64,000 nucleotides of DNA. It comes from Cyanophora paradoxa CCMP329 (lineage: Eukaryota; Plantae; Glaucophyta). How positions within the stretch are numbered: the first letter of the stretch is position 1; the number at the start of each line of letters is the position of its first letter. This document shows positions 45,951-59,413 of the stretch, piece after piece. The stretch covers positions 62,001 through 126,000 of the forward strand of contig QPMI01000161.1 in NCBI GenBank assembly GCA_004431415.1, in the 5' to 3' direction. The position numbers and the translations under genes were made by a program. Below the pieces are notes generated by a model, which was not told the DNA's origin, ran no database searches, and worked only from the letters and a program-made list of their open reading frames with translations.

Positions 45951-48900
45951 ATGCCGACGCTGCTGCCGAGCCTAGGTGCGCGTTCTCTCGATCGCGGGTG
46001 CGCCGCTCACGCGCGCCGCGCGAAGACGAGGTCCACAAGGAGATCCTGTCGTGGAGCTACTACCAGCTCGAGGCGGACGAGGGGAAGGCGAGCGCAGTAG
46101 CTAAGAGCGACCCTCCATCGCTTCGCGTACTGACAGGGCCGCCCGCTGCGTGCCGCCGCTGGCGCTCGCGCGAGCGCAGGACGTGAAGGGCATTCGCAAA
46201 GTGCCGAACACCTTCGCGTCGACGGATGAGTACCTGGAGGTCTTCGAGCCGCTGCTCATGCAGGAGTGCAAGTCCCAGATCGTGCGCGCGAAGGAGGAGG
46301 CCGGTGCGCCGCGCCGTCCCGCGCCTCGACCGATCGCGCCCCGCCAAGCGAGCGGCGCTGGGCGGCGTGCGCAGACGAGCCGCACCTGCTGCGGCTCGCG
46401 TCGGCGGAGAAAGTGCAGGCATTCGTGTACGCGCGCTTCGAGGTCCCGTGGGAGTCTGAGCAGAAGTTCGCCAACAACGACCTCGTCCTGGTGTCCCGCG
46501 AGGAGGCGCGCCGCCCCTCCCGTACCCCGCAGCTCTCGTGCGCCTGACCGTGGCGGCAGCCCGGAAAGGTCCAGAAGGTCCACGTGATCGGCCTCGTCGA
46601 GAGCGAGGCCTCCCAGGCGCGCCTGCCCCTGCCACCCCCCTCTCCGCTTCCCGTACCCCCTCTCAGGCCGCCCGGCAGCTGCTCGAGCTGCGGCTCTTCC
46701 TGAGACACAACGACGAGCGCTGCCGCGCCGTCGCCGCCTCCCTCGCCTTCAACTCCCTCTGGTATGTCACCCGGGTGCGCCCGTACCCCGCCCCCGCCCG
46801 CTGCCCCTCCCCACACCCCCCGTAAACTCAAACCCCCCCCATCCCCCCGGCAGCTGGCGAACATGGTGACGATCAACCGGGAGTACCAGTCGCTGCACGC
46901 GATCCGGGAGCTGCCGCTGGGGCCCCTCATCCTGGACCCCGTCGCCGTGCCGACCTCGGCGTCGGCCCCGCTCCACATCCCCTCCCTCATGTTCGACCGC
47001 CTCGTCGAGACCTACAACCAGTCCCAGCTCGACGCCATGCAGGCCCGCCCTCCGCCCCCTCCCCACCCGCCCCCACGCCCCGCCGCGCCGCGGCGCCGCG
47101 CTGCGCTTTGAGCTGAGCTGCGGGGCAGGCGGCGCTGAAGCGGAAGGGGTTCACGCTTATCCAGGGCCCGCCGGGGACGGGGAAGACGAAGACGATCCTG
47201 GGCCTCCTCTCCGTCCTCCTCAACTCGACGACGGTCAAGAACAGGGCCCTCGCGTCGGACCCCGACGGGGCCGGCTTCGTGGCCCCCCCGCCCCTCTCGG
47301 ACGCCGAGCGCGAGGCGGCCCTCCGCCAGCGCCGAGCCAAGTGGGCCCGCGCCATGCCCTGGATGCAGCCCGACTACGAGCCGCCGGGTGCGCCCCCCCG
47401 CCCCGCGCGCTCGCCTCCCGCCCCCGTCTCTTAGAGGAGGCGGGCGGGGCGGGCAGGGCCGGACTACGGGCCGGAGGACTTCAGCGAGGGCGTGGCGGCG
47501 TGCTACCCGCGGGCGCCCCAGACCGACAAGGCGGGTGAAGCGGGGAGGGGGCGGGGCTCCCTCCTGCTCAGGGGGTGGGGCCGCGGGGGGCAGGTGATCG
47601 AGCTGGCGACGGGGGGGGCCACGGAGCGGCCGCGGCACATCCTCGTGTGCGCCCCCTCCAACGCCGCCATCGACGAGATCGTCATCCGCCTCCTCGAGGC
47701 CCGCCCCGCCCCCCTCCCCTCCCGCCTGCGCCCTCTGAGGGGGCGGCAGGTGGGCCTCTTCAACGCCGACGGGCTCCTCTACACGCCCAACGTCATCCGC
47801 GTCGTGCGCCCGCTGGCTGCCCGCCCCGCCGCGCCGCGCCGCGCCTTGCAGAACGCGGGGGCGGCAGGGCCCGAACTACCACCCGCTGCTGAAGAACGTG
47901 GCGCTGGACAACGTCCTCCAGATGCGCCTCACCTCGGGGGTCCGCCCCCGCCCCGCCCCCCTCCCTCTTCTCCCCGCGGGGCCTGCTCACTGCTCACCCC
48001 CCGCTTCTTCCTCGCCGCCAGGCGGGGGAGCAGAACGCCGATATGCTGCGCCTCCAGGTCCGCCCTCCCCCTCCCCCACCCTCCTCCCCCCCCCTCCCCC
48101 TCCCCTTCCTCCCCCCGGCCCCCCGGGCCCGTGCGAGGGCAACGCGGACGCCGCGGCCGCCGGGGTCATCGCCGCCCTCCGCCCCGCCACCGCTAGCGCC
48201 AGCGCTGCCTGCCCGCCTCCTCGCCCTCAGGCGGCCGGGGCGGCGGCAGATCCTGAACGAGGCCTCGATCGTGGCGACGACGCTCTCCGGCTCGGGCGCC
48301 ACGCTCTTCTCCCAGGTGCCCCGCAGCCCCCTCGCCGATGCAGGCCGAAGCAGCCTCGGCTCGCCTGACAGTGGGGGCGGGGGCGGGCAGATCGCGCACG
48401 CTTTCGACACGGTGCTGCTGGACGAGGCCGGCCAGGCCGTCGAGCTCTCCACCCTCATCCCCCTCAAGGTCCCCCGCCCCCTCCCCCTCCAGCCCCCGCA
48501 CCTCCCCGCCGGGCGCGGGGCGAGCGGAGGGGCGGCGCAGTACGGCTGCGAGCGGTGCATCATGGTCGGGGACCCCAACCAGGTCCGTTGGGGAAGGGGC
48601 GGCGCTCAGGGGCCCCTCGGGAGGCACCCCGCCGGCCCCGCCCCGTGATGCAAGGGGCGGCTCCGCGAGGGAGCCCCGAGCGCCGGGCACGGGGGGCGGA
48701 GCGGGCGGGGCCCCTGCGCACCGCTGCGGCTGACCGCGGGGGTGGGCAGCTGCCGGCGACGGTCTTCTCGACGGTGGCGAAGGAGTACATGTACGAGCGC
48801 TCCCTCTTCAAGCGCTTCCAGGACTCCTCCTTCAAGGCCCGGCCCCCGCCCCCCTCGGGCGCGCCTGCTGCGCCGCCCTCTGAGCGGCCGCCTGCAGGTG

Positions 48901-50530
48901 TGGATGCTGCGGACGCAGTACCGCATGCACCCCGAGATCTCCAAGTTCCCCTCGCGCGCCTTCTACGACGGGATCCTCGAGGACGGGCCCAACATGGCCG
49001 CCACCAACGCCCAGCCCTTCCACAAGTTCCGCGTGCGCCCCGCCCCCTCCCCTCCGCCACCCGCGCCCCGGCCTCCCTCACGCAGGGCCCCCGCCCAGGC
49101 CTTCCGCCCGTACCTCTTCTACGACATGGTCTCCCAGCAGAAGCGCGCCCCCTGACACGCCAGCGCCCTCGGGCGGCGGGCTCGCTGACGGCGGGGGGCA
49201 GGACGGGAGCGACGTCGTCGTACTACAACGCCGACGAGGCCTACTTCGCGACGCTCCTCTACCGCAACCTCGCCAAGATCGCCAAGGACCCCAACGCGCG
49301 CCCCGCCCCGCCCCGCCCCGCCCCCCGGCCGCCCCCCGACGCGCCCCGCCGCAGCTGCCGCGGCGCGTGGGCGTCATCACGCCGTACAAGCAGCAGGTGG
49401 CGGAGCTCAAGAAGCAGTTCGGCAAGTTCCTGGGGCCCGAGGTCGCCGAGCAGATCGACATCAACACCGTCGTGCGGCCCCTCCCCGCCACCCCCCCCCT
49501 GCCTCCCCCGCTCAGCCGGCTCCGCTGCCCCGGCGCGCAGGACGGCTTCCAGGGGCGCGAGAAGGACATCATCCTCTTCTCCTGCGTGCGCTCCCACGCC
49601 AAGAGTGCGCCCTGCCCCTCCCGGATGCTGCCCCTCTCCCGCCCCTCGCCCCGGCCGAGGCGGCGGGGCCGCTGCAGACAAGCGGATCGGGTTCCTGGCG
49701 GACCTCCGCCGCATGAACGTCGGCATCACGCGCGCCCGCCAGGCCCGCCCCGCCCCGCCCCGCGCACGGGACCAGGGCGCTCGCCTTCGTCGCCCCGCCC
49801 GACGCCTGACGCGCCTGCGCGGCGCCGGCAGAGCCTCTTCGTGGTGGGGAACGCGCAGCAGCTGATGCACAACGAGCAGTGGTCCAAGTTCGTGCAGGAC
49901 GCCGCCGAGCGAGACTGCTGTCCGCCCCGCCCCCCGCCCCCGCCCCGCCCCGCCCCGCGCCCCACGCCCCGCGGCTCCGCCCGGCCCCGAGTCTGAGGGC
50001 CTGCGGGGGGGCAGACATCGAGGTGGAGAAGCCGCTGAAGACGTTCTTCCAGCGGATCATGGCCGCCGACCCCGCCGCCGCCGACGTCCAGGCCCGCCCC
50101 CGCCCCCGCCCCGCCCCCTCCTCGAGCTCAGAGCTAGGAGGCTCACGCGGGGGCTGGCGGCGGCAGCTGGGGGCGGAGGGGGCCGGGGACGAGGACGCGG
50201 CGCCCGAGGCGCGGTCGGCTGTGCGCGGCCTCGGCGACGCGGAGGCGGAGGGCGAGGCGGCGGGCGGCGAGGCCGACGCCGCGATGCCGGACGCCCCCAC
50301 CGAGCCCTCGCTCATCGACCTCGACGCCAAGGCAACGGGCGGGAAGCGCCCGCCGGAGCCGGCCAGCTCCGTCGGGTCCACGGGGTCGGGAGGGGCGCCG
50401 GCGCCTCCCAAGCCACGCGCCTCGCCCTCGGCCTCCCCCGGGCCCGCCGCGGCCGCGGCCGACGGCGAGGCCCCCGCCGCCGCGACCCCGGCGGGCCGGG
50501 CAAGCCCAAGGCCAGGGCCGGCCGATAGCT
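45951..50530 (+). CDS. Sen1/senataxin-like SF1B RNA/DNA helicase (multi-exon; 3' end uncertain)
   Basis: YLEVFEPLL, YNQSQ, LIQGPPGTGKT, ILVCAPSNAAIDE, LDEAGQ, VGDPNQL, QYRMHPEI, VITPYKQQ, DGFQGREKD, RRMNVGITRAR. Confidence 0.92.
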
Positions 50531-50890
50531 GTAGCGGCGCGCGGCCCCCGGGGGCCGCACGTTCGGGCCTCGCGGGCCGCGTTGCCCATAGCTCTAGTCT
50601 AGGTTTAGCGCTAGCAGTTGTAGCAGTTTCAACAGGAGCAGCAATGCACGCCTACGTGCTCCGCGCCGCGGCGGAGCTGATCCAAAGACCACGATGGGGG
50701 ATGCCATCCGAGGGGGGTATGCGAGCTTAAGCGACAGCTGCCCGGCCGTGGGAGTTAGGCTTAGAAGTCGATCCAGCTAACTCTGCTTTACATCGGAGAC
50801 CCGGATTTGCGGTTGAGATCGGCGCGACCCCGCGGACCGACTGTGAATCGTCGCTAAGATAGATTCGGAGCCCCCGCGCGGTTAGATAGA

Positions 50891-53489
50891 ATGCACAGCT
50901 CTGATAGCGCCGCCCGGCGTGCGGCAGCGTACGCGGGCGCGCTGGTCGCGCCCGTGCGGACGTCCCCGTCGCTGCGGCCGGCGCCGGTTTCAGGGTCCGC
51001 AGCAGCGATTACGCCGTCGGGGCGCACTCGAGCTCGGCGACGCGGCAGCGAGAGCGTGCTGAAAAGAGCGGAGCCCGAGCTTTTGGCGCGCGCGGGGCGG
51101 CGCACGACGTTCCTCGGGCATGCGGTCGGACCGCGGCCGCGGCCGGCGCCGTGCGCTTGCTTCTGCACCCCGGGGCTCAAGCCGGGCGCTCATCCCCGCT
51201 TGCAGAATGGGCGCAGCGGGCATTTCGCGCCCGTCCGTCGCGCAAGCTGGAGTCGCACTCGCATCAGCGAACATAGCAGAGCAGGCGCGCGCGGCCGCCC
51301 GCCGACGCTCCTCGCGCTGACCGCGGCGGGGCGGCGCGGTGGCAGGTGGCTGAGGAGACGCGGCGTGCGGTGGGCGAGGGGAGCGTGGTGGTGGCCGAGG
51401 GCCCCGCGCGCGTCGTCGCGACGGTGCCGCAGCCGCGGGACGAGGGCGGCGTGCTCTCGCTCCTGCCCGCCCTCATCGCGGTACGGCCAAGCAGCAGCGT
51501 TTCATCGACAAGCCCGCGGGCCTCTCGCTGACTCGCTGATCGCAGCTGCTCAAGATCCACCGCTTCTCGGCGCCGCGGATCCGGGCAGAGGGCTCGGCGG
51601 AAGGCGTCCACCTGACCTTCTCCTACCAGCCGCGGGAGCCGCACCCGGCCGCCTCGTGCCCCTGCGAGCGCCGCTTCACCGTCACCATTCGCCCGGGGCG
51701 CCCCGACGAGACGTGGACGCTCGCCTGGGAGAAGGACGGCTGGGGCGACGACGCAGCAGGTCGCCCAGGGGGCCGTGCGGCGACAGGAGCGCGAGTAAAA
51801 CTAACTGCACATCGCAGACTTTGCCACGGCGCCGGTTCTCTTCCGGGCGTTCGCCCTCATCGCCTCCGGGGCGGGGGACGCAATGAGCCTGCCCCGACTC
51901 CTCCCCCCCGAGCACCTCAGGGAGCTCGCCGACTGCGTGCGCGCCCCGTTCCTACCTTCTCGCGGGGCCTGCCAGGCTGAGGGCCGCGCAGGCCGAGCAA
52001 CTGGCGCCGCCCCCCCGGCTGGAGTGCTACGACCTGCGGCGCCCGCCCCCCGTCGACGAGGGCGACCTCTTCGTGCCCTCCGAGGCCCTCCGGGAGCGGC
52101 TGCACCCCCCTCCCGCGGGGGGCGAGGCGGCGGTGACGGGGGAGGGGAGGCTGGCGGCGAGGCTGCCGGCGCCGGCGGGCTTCCCCGTGGCGGCGCTGGC
52201 GCGGCTGCTGGGCCTCCTGCAGCCCTGGTGGCGCGCCCCCGACCCCGCCGACTTCCTCCTCCCCGCCCCCGCCCCGGGGCCCTCCACCCCCGCCTTCGCC
52301 CTGCCCCTCCCCGCCTTCACCCGCGCCTGCCTCCTCTACCCCCCGGGGGCCCTCGGGCCGCAGGCGCCGCCCCCGCCCAGCCTCCAGTTCGAGTCGCTGG
52401 GACCGGTGCACCCCTCCGACGCCGACGCGCTCGTAGGATTCCTCGCCGCCGCTCCCTGGTACCCCCCGTTTCCCCGCCTCCTCCCTTCTCCTCTCTCCTT
52501 CCCGCCCTTACGCGCGGCAGGGGTACACCCTGCGAGCACTTCGTCGACCCCCGCGCGAGTCCCGTGCGCCGCGCCCCTCGTACCCCCTCCCATCTCCACT
52601 CCCCCCCTCACCCGCCCGCCCTTTTTCTTCAGGGGGCTGCGCGGGTCGCGGTTCCTGACCACGAGCTCGAGCCGCACCTCAACGCGCGCCCCGTACCCCC
52701 CGCCACACACGCTTCGCTCCCCCGCCCCACCTCTTACCCCCTCCCGCAGGACGCGATGCGGCTCCTGCGCGATGCGGCGAACGAAGGAGGGGGCGCCGCC
52801 CTCCTCTTCGTTCGCCAGCTCGCCGCCGTGCGCCGGCGCCCGTATCCCCCCCCCTCCCCCCTCACGCCCTCTGGCAGGAGCGGGGCGCCTCGCTGCGGGC
52901 GACGGAGGCGGGGAAGCTGGAGGGGGCGGTGCGGGCGGGGCTGCGGGGGGCCTTCCCGGGGCTGGACCCCGCCGGCCGCGCCTCCCTCCCCGACCTCCTC
53001 TCCGCCCTCCGCGCAGAGTGAGCCCCCTCTCTCCTGCGCCCGCATCCCCCGCACTCCCGAGCCTTCCAATGCATCCTAGCTTTGCGGCCAGTTTCTTCTG
53101 GCGAGATGACTCTAACCGTGGGAACTCCGCGCAGGCCGCGTGGCTCCCAGCGGCGGCGGGCGTTCTACACGGTGCAGGAGTTCCTGTCGAGGGCCGGCCT
53201 CGGGGCCGTCCGGGTGCCCGACGGGCAAGCCGCCCCTGACGGCTTCGGCGCGGCGTTCCTGGAGGCGGCGCCGGCCCCCGTCCCCATCGAGAAGGACGAC
53301 GACGAGGAGGAGGAGGAGGTGCTCGACGAAGAGGGGTACTACGACGAGGAGGAGGAGGGGTACGGGGGCATGGACGTCGCGGCGCAGCTCGGGGCCCACA
53401 TGGCCGAGTTCCGCGACCTTTTCTCCGGTACCCTGGAGTGCGTCGAGGGGGTATTGCTTGCGTGCAGCGGACGGATCCCGCTAACTTAA
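50891..53489 (+). CDS. Hypothetical protein (may be the 5' part of the downstream AAA gene)
   Basis: Coding-like exons with splice signals; acidic stretch near 53290-53360. Confidence 0.3.
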
Positions 53490-53499
53490 GCGCCTAGCA

Positions 53500-56260
53500 G
53501 CCGAGCGACGGCGGCGGGGCTGAGGGCGGGCGGGGATCCGGAGGAGGGCGAGGAGGAGTGGAGGGGCGGCGGGGAGGCGGAGGCGGGCGGGGGCGGGGAG
53601 GGCCCGCGGGGGTCGGACCCCAAGCAGTGGGGCGGCAAGGTTCGCGACCCGCTGGGGCTAGGACGCGGACCAGGGCCGGCCAGCCGCGGAGGCGGAGGGG
53701 CCGGCGAAGCTGCGGAGCACACGGAGGCGTCGCTGCGGGGGAGGCTCCAGGCTCGTTCCCAGCTGAGGCGGGTCCCCGCAGGTGAAGCTCGAGCCGGAGG
53801 AGTGCCAGCAGCGCCTCGAGTCCGTCGGCGCCATCGTCTACGCCCCCGCGCCCCCGGGGCCCGCCGGCGGCGGCATCGACTGGTGCGCCCCCGCCCTCCC
53901 GCCCCTCCACCGCTGTCTTCTTTCCCGGCACCGCCCCCTCTCCCACCCCCAACCCCCCATCTTCCGATTCATCCCCCTCCCCCAGGGGGGAGTTCCGGGG
54001 GTACGCGGGGGTGAAGAACCAGATCGAGGAGTCGCTCGTCTCCGTGTTCCAGGACGCCCCCCTCGTCCGCCGCGTGCGCCCTTCTGCCCCCGCCCGCCCC
54101 CTCCAGCCCCACCCGCCCCCTCTCCCCCAGCCCCTCCCTCGCCCCTCCACCCCCGCGCCCTGAGCCGCCCGCGGGCCAGATCGCGAAGAAGACGCGGGGC
54201 GGGGCGGGGGGCCCCGCCGTGCCCCGCGCCGTCCTATTTCAAGTGCGCCGTCCCTTCATCGGGACCTTGAGGGGCGCGTGCGGGGCGCTCTGATGCGCCG
54301 GCGGCCGCGTCTCTCGGCAGGGGGGCCCCGGGGTGGGGAAGACCCTCTGCGCCCGCATCATGGCCCAGCGCTGCTCCGCCCACATGGTCTACCTCGCAGG
54401 TGCCCCCCTCGAGCCCCCGCCCCGCGCCCGCGCGCGCTATAGCTATCGTGCCCACTTCGCGCGTCAAACCGATGACCTTCGGACGGGCCCCGCTAAGACC
54501 GCCCGTCTCCCCCGGGCCTGTTGCGCCCGCAGTCCCCCGGCGCCCTCAGACGGGCCGCCCGTTAGAGCCCCCTTTATCGTGCGATAGCGCGCGCACGCGG
54601 CGCCTGGCGCTAGCCAAAAAAGCCCAATGTGCCTGGCGTCGAGGCGAAATGTGGGGCGGCGTGGCCTGGAGCTGACGTGTGTTTGCGGGGCAGCGGAGAT
54701 GGTGCTCTCGCGGTGGCACGGGGAGAGCGAGACGGCGCTCGCCCGCGTCTTCTCCCTCGCCCGCGGCCTCGGCGACCGGGCGAGCCCCTCTCCTTCTAGC
54801 GCTCACCTTCTAGCGCTTCTTCTTCCTCCTCTTTAGGATGCTCATCATACTTCCTCGCCCCACTCCGCCGCCTTTCAAATTTGCTGCTCTCCCCCCAGCT
54901 TAGATGGCTTCGCATACCCCCCCCCCTCCCCCCCCTTCCCGAGCATCTTCAAAAACCCTGGTTGACGGCTGAGAATCGCTAGCGGCACCGCCTCCTCCTT
55001 CCCGTGCTCCCTCGGGGGAGCCCCGGCTGAGCGGGGCGGCACGCTGCGCGCTCGCGCTCGCGCGCAGGTGATCGTCTTCATCGACGAGATCGACACCCTC
55101 GTGCGCCCGCCCCTTGGTGCCCTCGCGGGTGCGAGGCTGAGCTCGGGGGGGCGGGGGCCAGGTGGTGGGGCGCGAGCGGAGCGCGGAGGCGTCGCACGGG
55201 ACGGAGGGCCGCATGCTCTCCGTCCTCCTCCGCCAGGTGCCCCGCCTCGGCACCTCGAGCGCATCGCGCCGCGCCGTCGCCCTCTAGCCTCCTTCTAGCG
55301 TGCCTTTGGATCCTCTGCCCTGCGGGCGGCGCGATGCAGCTGACCCTGACGGGGCCCGCGCCCGCGCCGGGCAGCTGGACGGCTTCGAGTCGGCGGAGAG
55401 CGACTGCGCCCTCACCCTCGTCGGGTCCGCCCCCGCCGCCCCGGCCCCGCCCCCTCCCCGTCCTCTAGATTCGAATACGTGCTGCGCGCTGCGCCCTGCG
55501 CTGCTGCTCGCTGCTCTCGAAGCTGCCTCGGGCGCCGCACGTCGCTGATCACGAGGGCGGGGCGGGGGCAGGGCGACGAACCGGCGGGAGGACCTCGACG
55601 AGGCGATGCAGTCCCGCTTCGAGGTCGTCGTCGAGGCGCGTTGCGTACCCCCGGGCGGGGCGAGGGCGGGGGGGGTACGGTGATGGCTGAGTGGCGCGCC
55701 CGCGTCGCAGTTCGGGGCCCCGGGGGAGGAGGACCGCGGTGAGATCCTGCGGGAGTACGCCAGGCGAGTCCGGATTCGAATTCGCCTAAGGCCGATCACG
55801 AGACTCTGGCGGGGCTTGGTCTGACATCGAATTCGCGGCGATGGAGCAGGCACCTGGCGGGGGAGGAGGTGGCGGGGCTCGCGAGGGCGGCGGAGGGCCT
55901 CTCCGGCCGCAACCTCCGCGACGCCGCCGTCCGCGCCGAGCGCAGGCGAGCCGCCCCCGCCCCCGCCCTCGCGATGATTCGATGGGCTTGCGGGGCGCGC
56001 TCAGGCTGGTGCACGAGCTGCGGCGGCGGCGGGAGGCGGGGCGGGAGTGCCTGGACTCGGGCCCGGGGGCGGACCCCCTGGACGGCCCCATCTCTGAGCT
56101 GGCGGTGGAGGACCCGGAGGACGGGACGCCGCTCCCCAGCGCCCGCCTCTACCGCTGGGCCCTCGACGAGACCCGCGCCAAGGAGCGCCTAGCCGGCGCC
56201 GAGGGGGCCCGCGGGTCGGCCCCGCGCCGGAGGCTCGGCCCCGGCACCTTCACCGCCTGA
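53500..56260 (+). CDS. AAA+ ATPase (multi-exon)
   Basis: IDW..GYAGVKNQIEESL, GPGVGKT, SRWHGESE, VFIDEIDTL, LLRQ|LDGFE, GATNRREDLDEAMQSRF, EGLSGRNLRD. Confidence 0.8.
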
Positions 56261-56720
56261 GCCGGCCACGGGGCGGCGCGGGGCGGGACGTGTGGATTTT
56301 GGGAGAGACGGAGTGCGTTAATTTCGCCAGTGCACGTAGTTTTTTCGATTGCGTCTTTGCCGGTCCTGATCATGTCTAGATCTTGATTCATTTTGTTTCG
56401 CGAATTAAATGCATTTGATCAATGCAGTGCTTACGGAGCCACACGATCGCGAACTTAGTCTGACGCACGTCTAGCAGTACAAGTACGAGTACGGGACTCT
56501 GGATCCGGAAAGAAGCTGTAGCTTGGAATTGAAGTGCTACGTAGACCGCAGAACGCGTAGCGCAGCACTAGTTGACCCGATATTGTTGCCCCGGGCCGCT
56601 GGCTCTGCAGGACTGAAATTTACAAGCGCGCCGGCTCCGCAAGACCGTCGGGCGCGCGGGGCGGGGCCCGGCCCGGGCAAGATCTAGGGCTTCACATCTA
56701 GATTCGGACCCGGGCGAGAG

Positions 56721-58900
56721 CTACTCGCGGGTGGCTCCGAGGCCGAGGTTGGGGTCGACGGGCTCCGCGGGGGGCGGGATCTCGCGCCCGACCTCCACCC
56801 CGAAGCCCCCCGGAGGCCCCGCCGGCACGAAGGCCGGCGCGGCCGCGCGCAGGGCGGGCGCCGCCCCCGAAGTCCCCAGGCTCCCCGCGCTCGGCGCCCG
56901 CGGCCGCCCCCACGCCGAGCCGGCGGCCGCGGCGTGCGTGTGCGCCTCGGCCCCGCGGAACTCCGCCGCGAAACTCGCGATCGCCTTCGAGAGCGACTTG
57001 TCGACCGCGCTGCCGGAACGGTGAGAAGGAAAGTAAGCTGAAGGGAAGGAAAGGGAAGGAAGCCGGGAAGAAGCGGACCAGGAGATGAGATCCAAGCGGT
57101 GGCGGACGAGCTCCGAGAGGCCGGCGCTCACGCTCAGGTTCGCGGAGCGCAGCGCCTCGATCGCCTCCGCCGGCGCCCCCACCGCCTCCGCCTGATCATG
57201 AGACCGGAAATTCGATCCGAGCGAATCGGATTTTGAATTCAAACTTCGCACGCACGCGGAGCGAGGCGTGCGTCCAGTGGTGGTCGACGAGGTCGCGCAG
57301 CTCCCGGTCGAAGGCTGCGCGCTCCGCCGGCAGAATCTGCCGGCGCCGTGCACGGAGGCGCAAAAATCAGTTTCGCACGCGAAATCCCAACAAATCTAAT
57401 CAGGATGCAGCAATCGATATCCTTAGCTGCGCGCAGGCACCGTACCTTCGCGAGCTCGTCGCGGACCTCCTCGAGCAGCGCCTGCAAAACAGTCCGGTCC
57501 GACGGTCAGCTCGCGTTCTCTCAGGCCATGAGGCTAGCTAACTTGAAGGGTCTGGCCGGGCCAAGATCTAATTCTAAAAGCTCGCAATGACCTTGGCGCG
57601 GTCGCTGGTCGAGCCGATGGAGAGCTGCTCCATGCGCCCCACGGCCAGCGTCTGCGAGCACATCATGATCAGGGTCTGCATTTGCAGTTGCAGATCTAGA
57701 CAGATCAAATTCGACTGAATTCGAAAAGTTGATTTCCGGACCCGCTCGAGGTCTTGGATGCCGCAGTGCGGGCGTTCGCGGCCTCGAGCTCGCGCTCCAG
57801 GAACCGGCGGCGGTCCGCCAGCTCGTTGAACGTCGCTTCCGCCCTCGTGAGAAGGTCTGCGTGTGCGTGAAATTAAATGAAAAATCAATCTGAAGTTGAA
57901 ATCGATCGCCGGTCGCGGGATTTCGAAATTATTTTAAAATTTGCGGACCGTGTGCGTCGTCGCGCTCGCCCTCCAGCTTCGCGTTTTGCGCTATGGCCTC
58001 CGACCGGTCCATCTCCGCCTGGTACGGGAAAATTAAAGACACCGACCGGCACGGCGCCGGCCTCATGATCAGCGCTGAGATCTAGAATGCTCATGATCGC
58101 AGTAGAGTGAGAGACACGTGCACGGCACCTGCGCCAGCTGGAATTCCATCTCCTGAAGCTTCAGCTGCGACAGCGTCAGAACTGGATCGGAAGCCAAAAT
58201 TAAACCATGATCAACCGCGGCACCTGCGCCTCGCCGATGGCAGCCAGAAGCTGGCACGAGCTTATAAGCAGCGACGACGCGATCCAGATCAGGCGCCCCG
58301 CGCACCTTCTCCTTCTCCATCTCGCGCTCGATCTCAGCATCCTCGAGGCTTTTGACACGCTCCTTCAGATCCACATTTTCTTGCCGCAGTCCGAGCAGCG
58401 AGATCTCGTCGCTCCGCGTGCGCTCCAACAGCTCTTTGACGTGTCGAGCCGACGCCTCCAGCTCTGCGGAGGATGCCGTGCGAAAATCAGATTCCGCGAA
58501 ATTGTTTTGGAGCGACGCCCGCAAATTTCCGCGTGCGCCCGCGCTCCCGCATTGCCCGCGCACCCTTTGACATCAGGAGCTTCTCGTGGCCCAGCAGCGT
58601 CGCGCGCGTCGCTGTCTCCGTGGCCAGAAGCTCTTCATTTCGCCCTTCCGACTGCGCGAGCGGCCGCGGCGCGTCGGCGCGCGCCTTCAGAAAAGAGCGC
58701 GGGCGCTGCAGAATACTCTGCGTACCGCGAGGCGCCGTGAGAGCTGCGCAAGGCGATCCGTATCCTGTTCCATTGTGTCCAACGCCGTCGTGCGCTCGAC
58801 CACGAGCTTCGCCCCCTGCTCGCCTACCATCGTCTTCTCAATCGTTTCCATCGCTGCGTCTCTGGTGCCGCCGATGCTGCTGGAGCCGAATCGAAGAGCG
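56721..58900 (-). CDS. Hypothetical coiled-coil protein (multi-exon)
   Basis: Heptad-rich exons (LRQENVDLKERVKSLEDAE; QALLEEVRDELAK). Confidence 0.4.
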
Positions 58901-59413
58901 TGGTTTTGATTTTGTGAATTTCTGAGCTGAGGCGGGTACATGTATACGCAGCCCGGTTCCTCTCCGGATCCTATACCTCTCGAGCTCTTAATTCTCCAAA
59001 AGCCCGGCCCCTTCTCTTCGAAATTCCAGCTCCTCTTCCAAGAATTTCTCTCGAGCTCCGGCCAGCCCTGCATCATCATGGCATGGCATGCATGTGAATC
59101 CGAATTCTCCTTTCCTCTCCCCTCCAATTTTGCCAAGTTGAACAACTTTCCCCCTCTAGGCGGCGGGCGAATCCACGGCCGCCGTAATCCATAAGCTAGC
59201 TGGCTGGTGCCGGCGCCCACTAGCTGGAGAGAATGGCCGGGCCCACAGCAGGTCCCGCTGCCGGCGCCTCCTCCGCTCCTGCGGCCCCGGCCCATTGTAG
59301 TTTGTTGGACCCAGGGGGATCGTGCGTGCGCTGTCTGCGGCTTCTCGCCTCGAAGGAAGCGACGCCGCAGCTGGAGCTAGCTCTTGCGTAATCCGCAGTG
59401 CATGCGGTTATGA

